Shown piece after piece: positions 1-11,501 of a stretch of 64,000 bases of DNA. The stretch is from the NCBI GenBank assembly GCA_037969565.1, contig JBBKXQ010000049.1, positions 6,495 through 70,494 of the forward strand. The letters are read 5' to 3'. The notes under the pieces were generated by a model. That model saw only the letters and a list, made by a program, of their open reading frames with translations, ran no database searches and had not been told where the DNA came from. A program made the translations under genes and the position numbers. Numbering within the stretch: the first letter of the stretch is position 1; each line of letters begins with the position of its first letter. This DNA is from Acidimicrobiales bacterium (lineage in GTDB: Bacteria > Actinomycetota > Acidimicrobiia > Acidimicrobiales > SZUA-35).

Positions 1-151
1 TCCCGGTCTGGGTTTGGTCGATGAGACCGACCTTCGCACCTTCATCGGCGAAGAGGTGGGCCATGGCACGTCCCATTCCGGACGCCGCTCCGGTGATGAT
101 GACCACCCGTCCCTCGATCGAACGCGAAAGCTGACTCAACCTCGTTGTCAT
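1..151 (-). CDS. SDR family oxidoreductase (5' part only; runs off window start)
   Basis: Manual translation MTTRLSQLSRSIEGRVVIITGAASGMGRAMAHLFADEGAKV contains the TGxxxGxG SDR motif; TAGCCT -10 box 7 nt before the ATG. Confidence 0.85.
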   Translation of the reverse strand, partial: MTTRLSQLSRSIEGRVVIITGAASGMGRAMAHLFADEGAKVGLIDQTQTG

Positions 152-198
152 GACGGTGAGGCTAGGTGCCGCACCTCATTCGATTCACATTGCCGGCC

Positions 199-235
199 CA
201 GACCGTCGAGCTCAGACCGTCGAGCTCAGACCGTC
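199..235. repeat. 14-bp tandem repeat CAGACCGTCGAGCT x2.6
   Basis: Direct reading; overlaps the stop codon of the GTPase gene. Confidence 0.85.
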
Positions 236-800
236 ACACCGTGGCGGCGGCGATGGTCATGGCGTGACGGACGAGGCCGATCAGCGTGTCGCGGACGGCG
301 GCTCGGTGCCGGGCGTCGGTGACGACGATCGGAATGTGCAGCGGGATGTCCAACGCCTCGCGGATGTCATCCGGATGGTGCTTGAGTACACCGTCGAACG
401 CGTTGACGGCGACGACGAAGGGCAGACCGGCCCGTTCCATGTAGTCGATGGCAGCAAAGCAATGATCGAGTCGTCCGGTATCGACCAGGACGACGGCGCC
501 GATGGCCCCTCGTACGAGTTCGTCCCACATGAAGTGGAAACGGTCCTGGCCCGGGGTGCCAAAGAGATACAGCACGAGTTCGGAGCTGAGGCTCACTCGG
601 CCGAAGTCCATGGCCACCGTGGTGCTCGTCTTGCTCGTGGCATCGCCGAGATCGTCGACGCCTTCGCTGACCTTGGTCATGGCGGCTTCGGTGGTGAGCG
701 GATCGATGTCGGACACCGTTGCGACGAACGTGGACTTGCCGACGGCGAAGCCTCCTGCGACAACGATCTTGACGGGAATTTGCGATTGATGGGTCGTCAT
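234..800 (-). CDS. cvnD: Conservon small GTPase (CvnD/MglA-like)
   Basis: KIVVAGGFAVGKST P-loop, TTVAMDFG, LFGTPGQDRF, VAVNAFD motifs; last gene of the four-gene operon. Confidence 0.92.
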   Translation of the reverse strand: MTTHQSQIPVKIVVAGGFAVGKSTFVATVSDIDPLTTEAAMTKVSEGVDDLGDATSKTSTTVAMDFGRVSLSSELVLYLFGTPGQDRFHFMWDELVRGAIGAVVLVDTGRLDHCFAAIDYMERAGLPFVVAVNAFDGVLKHHPDDIREALDIPLHIPIVVTDARHRAAVRDTLIGLVRHAMTIAAATV

Positions 801-807
801 GGGTTCC

Positions 808-1170
808 TCAGAGCGCCTGGAGTCCGTCGAGGACGCGCTCGAGTAGCTGGAGATCGGGTCGGGCAGATGTTTGCGTTGGAGCGGTTTGGGTTCCTACGAG
901 ACCCTCATTGACGAGGTCGCCGACGAGAACACGCGCAACCTGGAGGTGGATCTTCAGGTGAGCGGAGATCTCCGCCACCGATTGGGGGTCGGTGCAGAGC
1001 TCGAGAATTCGATGTCGTTCCAGCCCTGCGGTCAGCAGTGCTTGATGTCCATCGGGCGTCGTCCGAATCTGGGCTTCGAGTGGGAGATCGACGGCGGCTC
1101 TGGTCCTGCCTCCCGTCAGGAGGTAAGGACGGACCCGGAAGGCCGCCTCGCTGGTGGTGCTGTCGCTCAT
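808..1170 (-). CDS. cvnC: Conservon DUF742 winged-helix protein (CvnC)
   Basis: VRPYLLTGGRTR, SVAEISAHL, VARVLVGDL, LLERVLDGL motifs. Confidence 0.9.
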   Translation of the reverse strand: MSDSTTSEAAFRVRPYLLTGGRTRAAVDLPLEAQIRTTPDGHQALLTAGLERHRILELCTDPQSVAEISAHLKIHLQVARVLVGDLVNEGLVGTQTAPTQTSARPDLQLLERVLDGLQAL

Positions 1171-1589
1171 GCCGGCAGAGCAGCCTGGAGTTCGGCGCGC
1201 AGTTCGGGTGTGAGGACAGCGCCGGTCTTTTCGACGAGCACGGCCATTTCGTAGGCGACCAGTCCCACGTCAGCTCCGGCTTGGGCCACGGTGGCCAGGA
1301 GTGATCCGTCACTGATGCCAGTGACGAAGAGGAAGGCGTTCTCCATCTCGACGATGACGTCGGTGACGGCGCCGCCTCCGAAGCGACCGGCGGCCCCGTA
1401 GGCCAAGCCGATGAGTCCTGAAGAGACGGCGGAGAACCGGTCGACGGCGTCGCGGTCGAGACCGGTCGAGGCGGCGATCGGTAGTCCGTCAGACGAGACC
1501 ACGACAGCTTCGGTCACTCCTGGTACTCGTTCGACGAAGCTGTTCACCAGCCAGTTGATGTTGCTGGCCTGTGTGCTCATCACGCTCAT
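1167..1589 (-). CDS. cvnB: Conservon roadblock/LC7 protein (CvnB/MglB-like)
   Basis: NWLVNSFVERVPGV, VVVSSDGL, DVGLVAYEMAVLV; ATGA overlaps on both sides. Confidence 0.92.
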   Translation of the reverse strand: MSVMSTQASNINWLVNSFVERVPGVTEAVVVSSDGLPIAASTGLDRDAVDRFSAVSSGLIGLAYGAAGRFGGGAVTDVIVEMENAFLFVTGISDGSLLATVAQAGADVGLVAYEMAVLVEKTGAVLTPELRAELQAALPA

Positions 1590-3859
1590 GAGGGTTCTCC
1601 GTTGCTTTCAAAGTCTTGTTGGAAGGCGTTCGGGTCGAACGAGTTGTCGCCGAACGAGTTGTCGTCGAAGGGGTTTTCTGCGGGGGTGCCGTCTAGTGAC
1701 GTGTCGAAGGCACCTGCATCGAAGGCACCTGCTCCATACGGACTTGCGTCGTCGGTGTTGTCACCCGAATAGGCCTCCTCGAGAGAGACCTCGTCGAGAG
1801 TGGCTCCACCGAACAGGGCGTCGTCGAACGAGGTGTCGTCGAGAGGGGTGTCTTTGCGAGGATCGTTCAACGGGTCGAAGGAACCGGATTCCGGAGCGGC
1901 ATCGACCGACTGGGTGAAGTCCGTCGGCATCGGCGGGGTCGCGAGGTCGGCCAACGGCTTTCCCTTCAAACCACTGCGATACCGAGCCAGCATCGAACGA
2001 ATCTCTTCCGGGTTCCGGACACTTGCGGCGACCGGTCGACCCTCGCTCACTGGAGCGCGATTCTGCGAACGATCTCGTTTGACGAGGCCGCTCGAAGTCC
2101 GCTCGGCCTCGGGCTGGAGTAGCGACTCCATCCCGGTATCGAACGACTCACCGGTGGGGATTGCGTCTTCGAGTTTGGACGTCTGACCTCCAACGGCGAC
2201 GGTTTCGGCCGAAACCTCGAGTGCAGCGGGATCAAAGGTCGGCGTCGTCCAGGGTTCGTCGTTGGCTTCTGCTGCAACCGGCGTCCGGGCCGCGGGCCGA
2301 CCGAAGATCATCGACGAGGATTCGCTGGGCGCGACCGGCGGGGGAACGTCCTCCGGTGCGGAATCGAAGTTGTTGGTGCCGAGGCCGAGCAATCTGGCCA
2401 GCGCGTCGGACTGCGGAACCTGGGCGGCCACGGGCGTCGGGGCCGCTGGCATCGGAGGAGCCTCGGGGACCGAGGGCATCGCCGCGGGCTCGGGCATCGC
2501 CACTGGTTCGGGCATCGCCACTGGTTCGGGCATCGGCGGTTGCGCCGCTTGGCCGGTGCCCACAGGAGTGGTCCCCCGTTGCGGCATGGCCGGGGGTGTC
2601 CACGGCTCCTCGTCGGGCATGTCGAACGTGGGTGCCGACGGCGACGGGCTCGGTGCAGGCGGGGCCGGCATCGATGTGTCGTCGTTGGCGGGGCTGGTTT
2701 CGGTCTGCGGTGTTGCGGGCTCGTCAGAGGGGCGACCACGATCGTGGCTCGGCAGTTCGCGTCCGGCCAGAACCGCCGCAGGAACCTCAGCGATGGCCGT
2801 GATGCCACCGCTCGCGGTGTGCATCAATTCGATGTTCACGCCAAGGCGGCGGGCGAGACGTCCGACGACAATGAATCCGAGCGAACGAGTCAGGCCAAGG
2901 CCGAGTTCGGGAGGGTTGGCCAAGACCTCGTTGGCATGGGCCAGCTGTTCGGTCGTCATGCCGATGCCGTGGTCGACACAGGAGATCAAGTATGAGCCGT
3001 CGGGATGGGTCACACCCGTGACTTCCACCGGGCTGTCGGGCGGGGAGAACTGCGTGGCGTTTTCGAGAACCTCGGAGAAGAGGTGGGCGAGATCGACCGC
3101 AGCCTGAGCGCCGATCTGGGCCTCTTCGACGCTGGTCAGTTTGACGTGTCGGTAGTCCTCGATCTCGCTCATTGCCACACGAAGCACGTCCGCAATGGCG
3201 ACGGGTCCGCCCCGTCGGCGGACCGATTCCGCTCCGGCCAGCACAAGAAGGCTCTCGGCGTTTCGACGCATTCGGGTGGCGAGGTGATCGAGACCGAACA
3301 GCTCTTCGAGTCGATCCGGATCTTCCTCACTCGATTCGAGCGCATCGATGACTTCGATCTGGCGGTCGAGCAGGCTCTGATTGCGGCGGGCCAGGTTGAC
3401 CACGAGTTCGGTCAGTCCCTCGCGGACCACGTTTCGTTGCGCCACCGCAAGCCCGGCGATGCCGTCTTGCACGGCGTTGAGTGACGAGATCAGGTGTGCA
3501 ACTTCGTCATTCTTGGATCCGCCGGAGAGCGGTTCGAACGATGGTGCCTCGGCTCCGGGGTTCTTGATCGTCTCGAGCAAGGCCGGGAGACGGTCTTCCG
3601 CCAGTTCTCGAGCGGCGCGTGCTGCGCTTTCGAGAGGATCGGTGATCGTGCGACCGATGACGACGACGGTGAGGGCGCTGAGGAGCACGGAGGCGAGAGC
3701 CACCACTCCCAGCGTGCGAATGTCGTCGATCAGCACATCGGCCGACACGGTGGTGCGTCGGCTGAGCAGCACGCTGTAGGCCGCCACGATCGCAAGGACA
3801 AAGAGCGGCGGGACGGCGATGGCGACTAATTTGGTTCGTAACTTGAGATTCTGGAACAT
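1586..3859 (-). CDS. cvnA: Conservon sensor histidine-kinase-like protein (CvnA): 2 TM, HAMP, HATPase, long disordered tail
   Basis: NLARRNQSLLDRQ, LDHLATRMRRNAESLLVLAG, LENATQFSPP, DHGIGM; tail motifs TSSGLVKR and RNPEEIRSMLARYRSG. Confidence 0.9.
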   Translation of the reverse strand: MFQNLKLRTKLVAIAVPPLFVLAIVAAYSVLLSRRTTVSADVLIDDIRTLGVVALASVLLSALTVVVIGRTITDPLESAARAARELAEDRLPALLETIKNPGAEAPSFEPLSGGSKNDEVAHLISSLNAVQDGIAGLAVAQRNVVREGLTELVVNLARRNQSLLDRQIEVIDALESSEEDPDRLEELFGLDHLATRMRRNAESLLVLAGAESVRRRGGPVAIADVLRVAMSEIEDYRHVKLTSVEEAQIGAQAAVDLAHLFSEVLENATQFSPPDSPVEVTGVTHPDGSYLISCVDHGIGMTTEQLAHANEVLANPPELGLGLTRSLGFIVVGRLARRLGVNIELMHTASGGITAIAEVPAAVLAGRELPSHDRGRPSDEPATPQTETSPANDDTSMPAPPAPSPSPSAPTFDMPDEEPWTPPAMPQRGTTPVGTGQAAQPPMPEPVAMPEPVAMPEPAAMPSVPEAPPMPAAPTPVAAQVPQSDALARLLGLGTNNFDSAPEDVPPPVAPSESSSMIFGRPAARTPVAAEANDEPWTTPTFDPAALEVSAETVAVGGQTSKLEDAIPTGESFDTGMESLLQPEAERTSSGLVKRDRSQNRAPVSEGRPVAASVRNPEEIRSMLARYRSGLKGKPLADLATPPMPTDFTQSVDAAPESGSFDPLNDPRKDTPLDDTSFDDALFGGATLDEVSLEEAYSGDNTDDASPYGAGAFDAGAFDTSLDGTPAENPFDDNSFGDNSFDPNAFQQDFESNGEPS

Positions 3860-3933
3860 AACCCTCTCGCAGGATCTGACGGACTAAAAGCATGATCGGC
3901 CTCTCGATCCCGACCTTGAGGTACCTTGCCCAG

Positions 3934-4629
3934 ATGTCTGAAGAAGCTCTCAGCGGGACGCTGGCCGATCTCCCGCTCGATGCAGTCCTGAGTTCCCTCG
4001 CTGCGAACGGCCGCACCGGGGTGCTCCGAGTTGGTGAAGGGAACGAGATTTGGCTCGATGAGGGCCAGATCTACCTCGTGCTCACGCCTACCGGGGCCGA
4101 CGCCGTTGCCGTTCTCTTCGGTGCGGGTGAGGGCACCCTCGAAGAGATTGCTTCGTTGCTGGCGAAACAATCCGACGTCTCGGCCACGCTCGCCGAGCGC
4201 AGCCCGGAGGCCGCCCGATCGCTGGAGCGACTGCTCCACGAACACAATCTGCACCTGCTGTTCGAGCTGCTGGTTCCCAGTGATCGTCCGTTCGTCTTCG
4301 AAGACAGCACGGTGCATGCTCTCGGTCATCGCTTTCGGGAGAGCACCGAGCATCTGGTCACTCAGGCCAAGCGCCGACTCGAGATCTGGTCCCAGATCGC
4401 GTCCCGGATCCCTAGCACGGCGGCCGCATTCAGGCTGGCCTCGATGTTGCCCCAGAACGCCGATGAGCGAACCGTCACGGCCGACGAATGGCGCTACCTC
4501 TCGCTTCTCGACGGCCATCGGTCTGTTGCCGACGTGATCACCACCACCAAAGAGAGCGCATTCCGCGTTTGTTCGTCGCTCTATCGCATGCTTCTCGAGG
4601 GAATGATCGAAGAAGTTCCGACCGCCTGA
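3934..4629 (+). CDS. DUF4388 (PATAN-like) domain protein
   Basis: LSGTLADLPLDAVLSSLAANGRTGVLRV..IWLDEGQI; C-terminal EWRYLSLLDGHRSVADV..LYRMLLEGMI wHTH; TACCTT 6 nt before ATG 3934. Confidence 0.8.
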   Translation: MSEEALSGTLADLPLDAVLSSLAANGRTGVLRVGEGNEIWLDEGQIYLVLTPTGADAVAVLFGAGEGTLEEIASLLAKQSDVSATLAERSPEAARSLERLLHEHNLHLLFELLVPSDRPFVFEDSTVHALGHRFRESTEHLVTQAKRRLEIWSQIASRIPSTAAAFRLASMLPQNADERTVTADEWRYLSLLDGHRSVADVITTTKESAFRVCSSLYRMLLEGMIEEVPTA

Positions 4630-4630
4630 T

Positions 4631-5248
4631 TCAGGGCGTGCGCATTCTCATCAACACGGCTTCGGCTTCCACATAGGTGAATCCGAAGTAGTGCATCATG
4701 GTGGCCGCGAGATCAGGATCCTCGAGATCCAACAGTGAGCCGATCAGCGGTATCTCGTTGGCCCGAAGGTAGACCGGTCGCGTTTCGCTGAGCGAGCGCA
4801 TGGATCGAAGGGCTGATGCGATGCTTCTGACGACGTGGGTGTTGTCGGCCGAACCGCAGTCGAGCCTGACCGGAGTCCAACCGATCCACAGGATCTTCTC
4901 TCCGTAGTCGATGTAGGGAGGGAGCCGGAGGGCCAGATCTCGGGAACCGAAAGCGGCGACCTTGGTGCCGTAGAGCTCGGCCATCTCCATCAACATGCCG
5001 GCCGACGGCGTTCGCAGTCCGGACTCGAAATGTCCCAGCTCGCGTTCGGAGATGCGGAGCGCACCTGCGGCGCCGGCTGCGGTGTGACCCATCCGACGGC
5101 GTGCCTTCTCGAGGGCCAGACCAATGGCCACTTGCGAATTCTCGCGGTAGGTCTCGATCGCGTTGATGTATGGCGCGAGGTCGGGCGGATGCGCCGACAC
5201 TTCTAGACCAGTGGTGGTGTTCCCGAACGCTGAGGGTGACATGGCCAC
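4631..5248 (-). CDS. XRE-family helix-turn-helix protein
   Basis: IGLALEKARRRMG..AAGALRISERELGHFESGLRTPS. Confidence 0.7.
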   Translation of the reverse strand: MAMSPSAFGNTTTGLEVSAHPPDLAPYINAIETYRENSQVAIGLALEKARRRMGHTAAGAAGALRISERELGHFESGLRTPSAGMLMEMAELYGTKVAAFGSRDLALRLPPYIDYGEKILWIGWTPVRLDCGSADNTHVVRSIASALRSMRSLSETRPVYLRANEIPLIGSLLDLEDPDLAATMMHYFGFTYVEAEAVLMRMRTP

Positions 5249-5323
5249 CTGCCTTCAAGTTTGGGGATTCGGTGATGCACCCACTCCTTGAATCGGCAGG
5301 GTCGCTGAGACCTTGAGCCGGTT

Positions 5324-6802
5324 TCAGGCCATCGGCCGGTCGGTGGGTCGAACGGGGCTCGGTAGCAGCGTGTGTCCCATCAGGCTCTTGTCGACGGCAG
5401 CGGCGCAGGCCCGACCTTCGGCGATCGCCCAGACGATGAGACTCTGACCACGGCCCATGTCACCGCAGGCGAACACCCCTGATTCCGAGGTGGTCCAGTC
5501 TCGATCTCGAAGCACGTTGCCGCGGCCATCGAGTTCGACGCCGAGTTGGTAGAGGAGGCTTCCCTTTTCCGGTCCGACGAATCCCATCGCCAGGAGAACG
5601 AGGTCGGCGTCGTATTCGAAGTCGGTTCCCTCGATGGGGACGAATCCGGGACGATCGTCGATCATCCCCATCTCGACCTCGGTGCCACGAAGATGTGTGA
5701 TCACACCATCCGATCCGACGAACTCACTCGTGTTCACGGCGTACACCCGGTCGCCACCCTCTTCGTGGGCCGAGGTGACCTTGTACTGAAGGGGAAAGAG
5801 CGGCCATGGCGTGCGCTCGGAACGCTCGTCAGGAGGACGGGGCATGATCTCGAACTGTTTGACGGAGGCCGCTCCCTGTCGATGTGCGGTGCCGAGACAG
5901 TCGGCCCCGGTGTCGCCGCCACCGATGATGATCACGTGCTTGCCCTCGGCTGAGATCGCTGGTCGTTCGTCGTCGCCTTGCTGCACTTTGTTGGCCAGTG
6001 GCAGATATTCCATGGCCTGATGGATGCCATCGAGCTCGCGCCCGGGAATCGGCAGATCGCGTGATTCGGTTGCTCCCCCGGCCAGGACGACCGAGTCGAA
6101 TTCGGCTCGCAGCTCGGCGACGGGAATGGTGTTCGGGTTGTCGGCCGGCCCACCGACGTAGGCGTCGGTGCGAAACTCGGTGCCTTCGGCCGACATCTGA
6201 TCGAGTCGACGGTCGAGAACGGATTTTTCCATCTTGAATTCGGGAATGCCGTAGCGCAGGAGACCACCGATGCGGTCGGCGCGTTCGAACACCACGACGT
6301 TGTGACCGGCGCGAGTGAGTTGTTGGGCGACCGCGAGGCCAGCCGGACCAGAGCCGATGACTGCCACCTTCTTGCCGGTTGGCTTGGAGGCGATGACGGG
6401 CGTGACCCAACCCTCTTCCCAGGCTCGATCGATGATAGCCACCTCGATGTTCTTGATGGTCACCGCTTCGGTGTTGATTCCGGCGACGCATGCCCCCTCG
6501 CACGGGGCCGGGCAGAGCCGACCGGTGAACTCCGGGAAATTGTTGGTGGCGTGGAGGCGTTCGATCGCGTCTCGCCATTGGTCGCGGTAGACGAGATCGT
6601 TCCAGTCGGGAATGAGGTTGCCCAACGGGCATCCCTGATTGCAGAAGGGGATCCCACAGTCCATGCACCGGGATGCCTGATCTTGTAACTCGAACTGGTC
6701 GAAGGGTTCGTAGACCTCTTTCCAGTCGCGGAGCCGTACGGGAACGGGACGCCGGGTGGGAACCTTGCGGTCGTGAATCAAGAACCCGCGAGGATCACCC
6801 AC
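5324..6802 (-). CDS. gltD: Glutamate synthase small subunit
   Basis: [55 protein letters not shown]. Confidence 0.97.
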   Translation of the reverse strand: MGDPRGFLIHDRKVPTRRPVPVRLRDWKEVYEPFDQFELQDQASRCMDCGIPFCNQGCPLGNLIPDWNDLVYRDQWRDAIERLHATNNFPEFTGRLCPAPCEGACVAGINTEAVTIKNIEVAIIDRAWEEGWVTPVIASKPTGKKVAVIGSGPAGLAVAQQLTRAGHNVVVFERADRIGGLLRYGIPEFKMEKSVLDRRLDQMSAEGTEFRTDAYVGGPADNPNTIPVAELRAEFDSVVLAGGATESRDLPIPGRELDGIHQAMEYLPLANKVQQGDDERPAISAEGKHVIIIGGGDTGADCLGTAHRQGAASVKQFEIMPRPPDERSERTPWPLFPLQYKVTSAHEEGGDRVYAVNTSEFVGSDGVITHLRGTEVEMGMIDDRPGFVPIEGTDFEYDADLVLLAMGFVGPEKGSLLYQLGVELDGRGNVLRDRDWTTSESGVFACGDMGRGQSLIVWAIAEGRACAAAVDKSLMGHTLLPSPVRPTDRPMA

Positions 6803-9800
6803 GAGTCACCTCCATGAGGGAACTGGTTGGGTCGGCGCCGTCGAAGGTTGCATGTTCGGCGGCAATGAGTACTCGTTTGTAATCAGATGGCATGACTTTG
6901 ACGAAACGCTCGACCTCGCTGGCCCAGGAGGCGAGCAACCGATCGGCCACTTCGGATCCGGTTTCGGTCTGATGGACTTGGATGAGTGCGAGAAGTTCGG
7001 CCTGGTCTTCCGGGCTCAGCGGGTCGAGTTCGACCATCTCGCGATTGACCCGGGACGGAAACGACCCGTCGACGTCGTAAACGTAGGCGATTCCGCCGGA
7101 CATGCCGGCCCCGAAGTTGCGTCCGGTTCGACCGAGAATGACGGCCCGGCCGCCGGTCATGTATTCACAACCATGGTCGCCGACTCCTTCGACGACGGCC
7201 GTGGCGCCCGAGTTTCGAACGCAGAAGCGCTCCCCCACACGACCCCGGAAGTACGCCTCGCCAGAGGTCGCTCCGTAGAGGAGCACGTTGCCGGCGATGA
7301 CGTTGTCTTCGGCGACGAAGGTGCTGGATTTGTGGGGGAAGAGCACGAGGCGCCCGCCACTCAGGCCCTTGCCCACGTAGTCGTTGGCGTCGCCTTCGAG
7401 GCGCAGCGTGATGCCCTTGGGTACGAACGCCGAGAAGGAGTTCCCGGCCGAACCGGTGAAGTCGAGTTGGATGGTGTCTTGGGGCAAACCGTCGGCCCCA
7501 TGCCGTTTGGTGACCTCGTGGCCGAGCATCGTGCCGACGGTGCGGTTGACGTTGCGAATGGGATAGGCCTGCCGGAACGGAGTTCCCGATTCCAGTGCGT
7601 CGGCGCAATCGACGATCAGCGTTTGGTCGAGGGCCGCCTCGAGTTGGTGGTCCTGCGTGGTGATGCAGCGGCGGGGCGTGCCTGGCTCCATCTGCGGTAC
7701 GTAGAGAATCGGTGAGAGGTCGAGACCTGACGCCTTCCAGTGATGGACGGCATCGCGAGTGTCGAGGCACTCGGCCCGTCCGACGGCCTCTTCGATCGAG
7801 CGGAATCCGAGTTCAGCCAGATACTCACGAACCTCTTCGGCGATGTATTCGAAGAAGGTTTCGACGAACTCGGGCTGCCCCGAGAATCGGGCCCGGAGCT
7901 CGGGATTCTGCGTGGCAACACCGACCGGGCACGTGTCGAGGTGGCACACCCGCATCATCACGCACCCGGAGACGACCAGGGGTGCCGTGGCGAAACCGAA
8001 CTCCTCCCCGCCCAGCAGGGCGGCCACGATCACGTCTCGGCCCGTCTTGATCTGGCCATCGACCTGGACGACGATGCGGTCGCGAAGGTCGTTGAGAAGG
8101 AGCGTCTGTTGGGTTTCGGCGAGGCCGAGTTCCCATGGCCCACCGGCATGTTTCAGCGAAGTGAGCGGCGATGCGCCAGTGCCTCCGTCGTTGCCCGAGA
8201 TGAGCACCACATCGGACTTGGCTTTCGAAACACCCGCGGCAACGGTGCCCACTCCCACCTCGGAGACCAACTTGACGTGGATCCGAGCCGATGGGTTGGC
8301 GTTCTTCAGGTCGTGGATCAGCTGGGCCAGGTCTTCGATCGAATAGATGTCGTGATGGGGAGGAGGCGAGATGAGACCGACGCCCGGGGTCGAGTAGCGC
8401 ACCTCGGCAATCCAAGGCCACACCTTCTTGCCCGGAAGCTGGCCTCCCTCACCGGGCTTCGCCCCCTGCGCCATCTTGATCTGGATGTCGTCGGCGTTGG
8501 TCAGGTAATTCGACGTGACACCGAACCGACCGGAGGCGACCTGTTTGATGGATGATCGCTTGGAATCACCGTTGGCCATGGTGACGAAGCGGGCCGGATC
8601 TTCTCCACCCTCGCCGGTGTTGGACTTGCCGCCGAGCCGGTTCATGGCGATCGCCAGCGTTTCATGGGCCTCGGATGAGATCGACCCGTAGCTCATGGCT
8701 CCGGTGGCAAATCGTTTGACGATCTCGGAGATGGGTTCGACCTCGTCGATCGGAACCGGTTCTCCCATCGGCTTCAGCTTGAAGAGTCCGCGGAGCGTTG
8801 CGAGCTGCTCGGCCTGGTCGTCGACGAGCGTCGTGTACTCCTTGAACACCTTGTACTGCTTCGAGCGTGTTGCGTGCTGCAGCTTGAAAACGGTTTCCGG
8901 ATTGAAGAGGTGGAACTCACCTTCGCGCCGCCACTGGTATTCGCCGCCCAGCTCCAGCTCTCGGTGGGCCAACATCTCGGGACGGTCGGGGAAAGCCCGA
9001 CGATGTTGCTGAGCGATTTCTTCCGCGAGTTCGTCAAGGCCGATTCCGCCCAGCTTCGAGGTGGTTCCGGTGAAATACTCGTCGACGAGTTCGTGACCCA
9101 GACCGAGTGCTTCGAAGATCTGGGCCCCGGCGTAGGAGGCCACGGTGCTGATGCCCATCTTCGACATCACCTTGATGACACCTTTGGAGGCGGCCTTCAC
9201 GTAGTTGTAGCCGGCCAACGATGGGTCGGCGCTGGATTGGTCCCACGCGATCCGATCCTCGATTGCCTCGAACGTGAGGGAGGGACAGATGGCGCCGGCG
9301 CCGTACCCCAGCAGAAGGGCGAAATGATGCACTTCGCGGGCGTCGGCGGAATCGATCACCAGACCGATCTGGGTGCGGGTTTTCTCCCGAACGAGATGAT
9401 GGTGAACGGCGCTGGTGAGCAGGAGCGATGGGATGGGGGCCAGATCAGCCGTGGCATCACGGTTGCTGACGACGATGATCGACGACCCTGCGGCGATGGC
9501 TTCTGATGCCTGCCTGCGAACGTCTTCCAAGGCCAGCCGCAGCCCCTCGCCGCCCTCGGCAACCGGGTAACGCCCACGCACGACGCTGCAACTGAGGCGA
9601 GGGAAGTTGCCTTCGTCGTTCGCGTGGATGATCTGCGTGAGTTCGTCACGGGTGATGACGGGGTGGGGCAGACGAATCTGGCGGGAAGAACGGGGGCCAG
9701 GATCGAGGAGATTGCCTTCGGGTCCGATGGCACTGCCGGCTGCGGTGACCAGTTCTTCGCGGATCGAGTCGAGGGGCGGGTTCGTGACCTGGGCGAACAA

Positions 9801-11315
9801 CTGGGAGAAGTAGTCGAACAACAAACGCGGTTTGCTGGACAACACGGCCAGCGGCGTGTCGGTGCCCATTGATCCGATCGCCTCTTGGCCGCTGCGAACC
9901 ATCGGTTCGACCAGGAGCTCGAGTTCCTCTTGGGTGAAACCGTTGGCGACCAACTGCGGAATGATCAACTCGTGGATGGGGTGTGGGATGTCTCGCTCGG
10001 GCAGGTCTGCCAGATCGATGAAACTCTCGTTCCATTCCGCATAGGGGGCGGCCGCGGCGAGCGTGGCTTTGATCTCGGCGTCATCGATGATTCGGCCATT
10101 GACGGTGTCGACGAGGAACATCTTTCCCGGCTCGAGCCGACCCTTCATCACGATCTTCGACGGGTCGACATCGATGACGCCGACCTCGGAAGCCATCGCA
10201 ACGATTCCGTCGTCGGTGACCCAGTAGCGACTCGGCCGGAGACCGTTGCGGTCGAGCACGGCGCCGACGATTTCGCCGTCGGTGAAGGTGACCGAGGCTG
10301 GTCCGTCCCATGGCTCCATCAGCGCCGAGTGAAAACGATAGAACTCCCGTTTGGCGGGATCCATCGACGGGTTCTTCTCCCAGGCTTCGGGAATCATCAT
10401 CAGAACCGCATGCGGGAGCGAATATCCGCCGAGATGCAGGAGTTCGAGCGCCTCGTCGAAACTGGCCGTGTCGGAGGCGTAGGGGGTGCAGATCGGGAAG
10501 AGTTTCTCGATTCGATCTCCCCAGATCGGCGATGCGAGGAGCGCTTCGCGAGCACGCATCCAGTTGCGGTTGCCCTTGACGGTGTTGATCTCGCCGTTGT
10601 GGGCCACGAATCGGTACGGGTGGGCCAGCGGCCAAGACGGGAACGTGTTGGTGGAGAACCGACTGTGAACCAGCGCCAGAGCGCTCTCGATGAGAGGATC
10701 GACCAGATCAGGAAAGAAGTCGGAGAGTTGGGGTGTGGTGAGCATGCCCTTGTAGACGAGGGTGCGGCTGCTCAGGCTCGAGAAGTAGACGGGGAGTTCG
10801 TGTTCGATCCGCTTCCGAACGACATATGCCTCGCGGTCGAGGTCGATGCCACGCAAGCCGGCGGGTGACGAGATCACGAGTTGTTCGAACGACGGCATCA
10901 CACCGAGGGCTTGGGAGCCGAGCGTGGAGGGGTCGGTGGGCACGGTTCGCCAACCGACGATCGTGAGGCCCTCGTCGGCCACGATCTTCTCGATCGAGTC
11001 CATGACTTCGAGTCGTTCGTCGTTCGACGCAGGCAAGAAGCCGATACCGACGGCGTAGCTTCCGGCCGGGGGAAGGTTGTCGAATGACTTCGAGAGGAGG
11101 CGATGGGGAACTTGGATCAGGATGCCGGCGCCGTCGCCGGTGTTCGGCTCGGCATTGGTGGCGCCTCGGTGCTGCATACACGTCAGGGCGTTCAACGCGA
11201 GCACGACCACGTCGTGGCTCACTCGACCGTTGAGATCGGCAATGAAACTGACGCCGCATGCATCGTGTTCGAATGAAGGGTCATAAAGACCCTGGGTCGG
11301 CGGAAAGTCTTTCAC
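6795..11315 (-). CDS. gltB: Glutamate synthase large subunit
   Basis: EHDACGV N-terminal Cys, [45 protein letters not shown]; likely GTG start 11315 after GGAG (ORF is open from 11435). Confidence 0.97.
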   Translation of the reverse strand: MKDFPPTQGLYDPSFEHDACGVSFIADLNGRVSHDVVVLALNALTCMQHRGATNAEPNTGDGAGILIQVPHRLLSKSFDNLPPAGSYAVGIGFLPASNDERLEVMDSIEKIVADEGLTIVGWRTVPTDPSTLGSQALGVMPSFEQLVISSPAGLRGIDLDREAYVVRKRIEHELPVYFSSLSSRTLVYKGMLTTPQLSDFFPDLVDPLIESALALVHSRFSTNTFPSWPLAHPYRFVAHNGEINTVKGNRNWMRAREALLASPIWGDRIEKLFPICTPYASDTASFDEALELLHLGGYSLPHAVLMMIPEAWEKNPSMDPAKREFYRFHSALMEPWDGPASVTFTDGEIVGAVLDRNGLRPSRYWVTDDGIVAMASEVGVIDVDPSKIVMKGRLEPGKMFLVDTVNGRIIDDAEIKATLAAAAPYAEWNESFIDLADLPERDIPHPIHELIIPQLVANGFTQEELELLVEPMVRSGQEAIGSMGTDTPLAVLSSKPRLLFDYFSQLFAQVTNPPLDSIREELVTAAGSAIGPEGNLLDPGPRSSRQIRLPHPVITRDELTQIIHANDEGNFPRLSCSVVRGRYPVAEGGEGLRLALEDVRRQASEAIAAGSSIIVVSNRDATADLAPIPSLLLTSAVHHHLVREKTRTQIGLVIDSADAREVHHFALLLGYGAGAICPSLTFEAIEDRIAWDQSSADPSLAGYNYVKAASKGVIKVMSKMGISTVASYAGAQIFEALGLGHELVDEYFTGTTSKLGGIGLDELAEEIAQQHRRAFPDRPEMLAHRELELGGEYQWRREGEFHLFNPETVFKLQHATRSKQYKVFKEYTTLVDDQAEQLATLRGLFKLKPMGEPVPIDEVEPISEIVKRFATGAMSYGSISSEAHETLAIAMNRLGGKSNTGEGGEDPARFVTMANGDSKRSSIKQVASGRFGVTSNYLTNADDIQIKMAQGAKPGEGGQLPGKKVWPWIAEVRYSTPGVGLISPPPHHDIYSIEDLAQLIHDLKNANPSARIHVKLVSEVGVGTVAAGVSKAKSDVVLISGNDGGTGASPLTSLKHAGGPWELGLAETQQTLLLNDLRDRIVVQVDGQIKTGRDVIVAALLGGEEFGFATAPLVVSGCVMMRVCHLDTCPVGVATQNPELRARFSGQPEFVETFFEYIAEEVREYLAELGFRSIEEAVGRAECLDTRDAVHHWKASGLDLSPILYVPQMEPGTPRRCITTQDHQLEAALDQTLIVDCADALESGTPFRQAYPIRNVNRTVGTMLGHEVTKRHGADGLPQDTIQLDFTGSAGNSFSAFVPKGITLRLEGDANDYVGKGLSGGRLVLFPHKSSTFVAEDNVIAGNVLLYGATSGEAYFRGRVGERFCVRNSGATAVVEGVGDHGCEYMTGGRAVILGRTGRNFGAGMSGGIAYVYDVDGSFPSRVNREMVELDPLSPEDQAELLALIQVHQTETGSEVADRLLASWASEVERFVKVMPSDYKRVLIAAEHATFDGADPTSSLMEVTRG

Positions 11316-11501
11316 CGGCTTCTCCAGGTCAGTAGGGCGGCGGTCGCTTGTCGAGGGACGAAAAGCGGGCGGGGACAGCGTTGGCCCGGCCAAGGAGTTC
11401 GGAGATCCTATCTCCCGATGCAAAGGGTTCGCCAAACTTCATCGCTTGATGAGATGGGTGGCGGGGTTTCCCCATGTTTCCACGATCGGTACGTTCCATG
11501 A

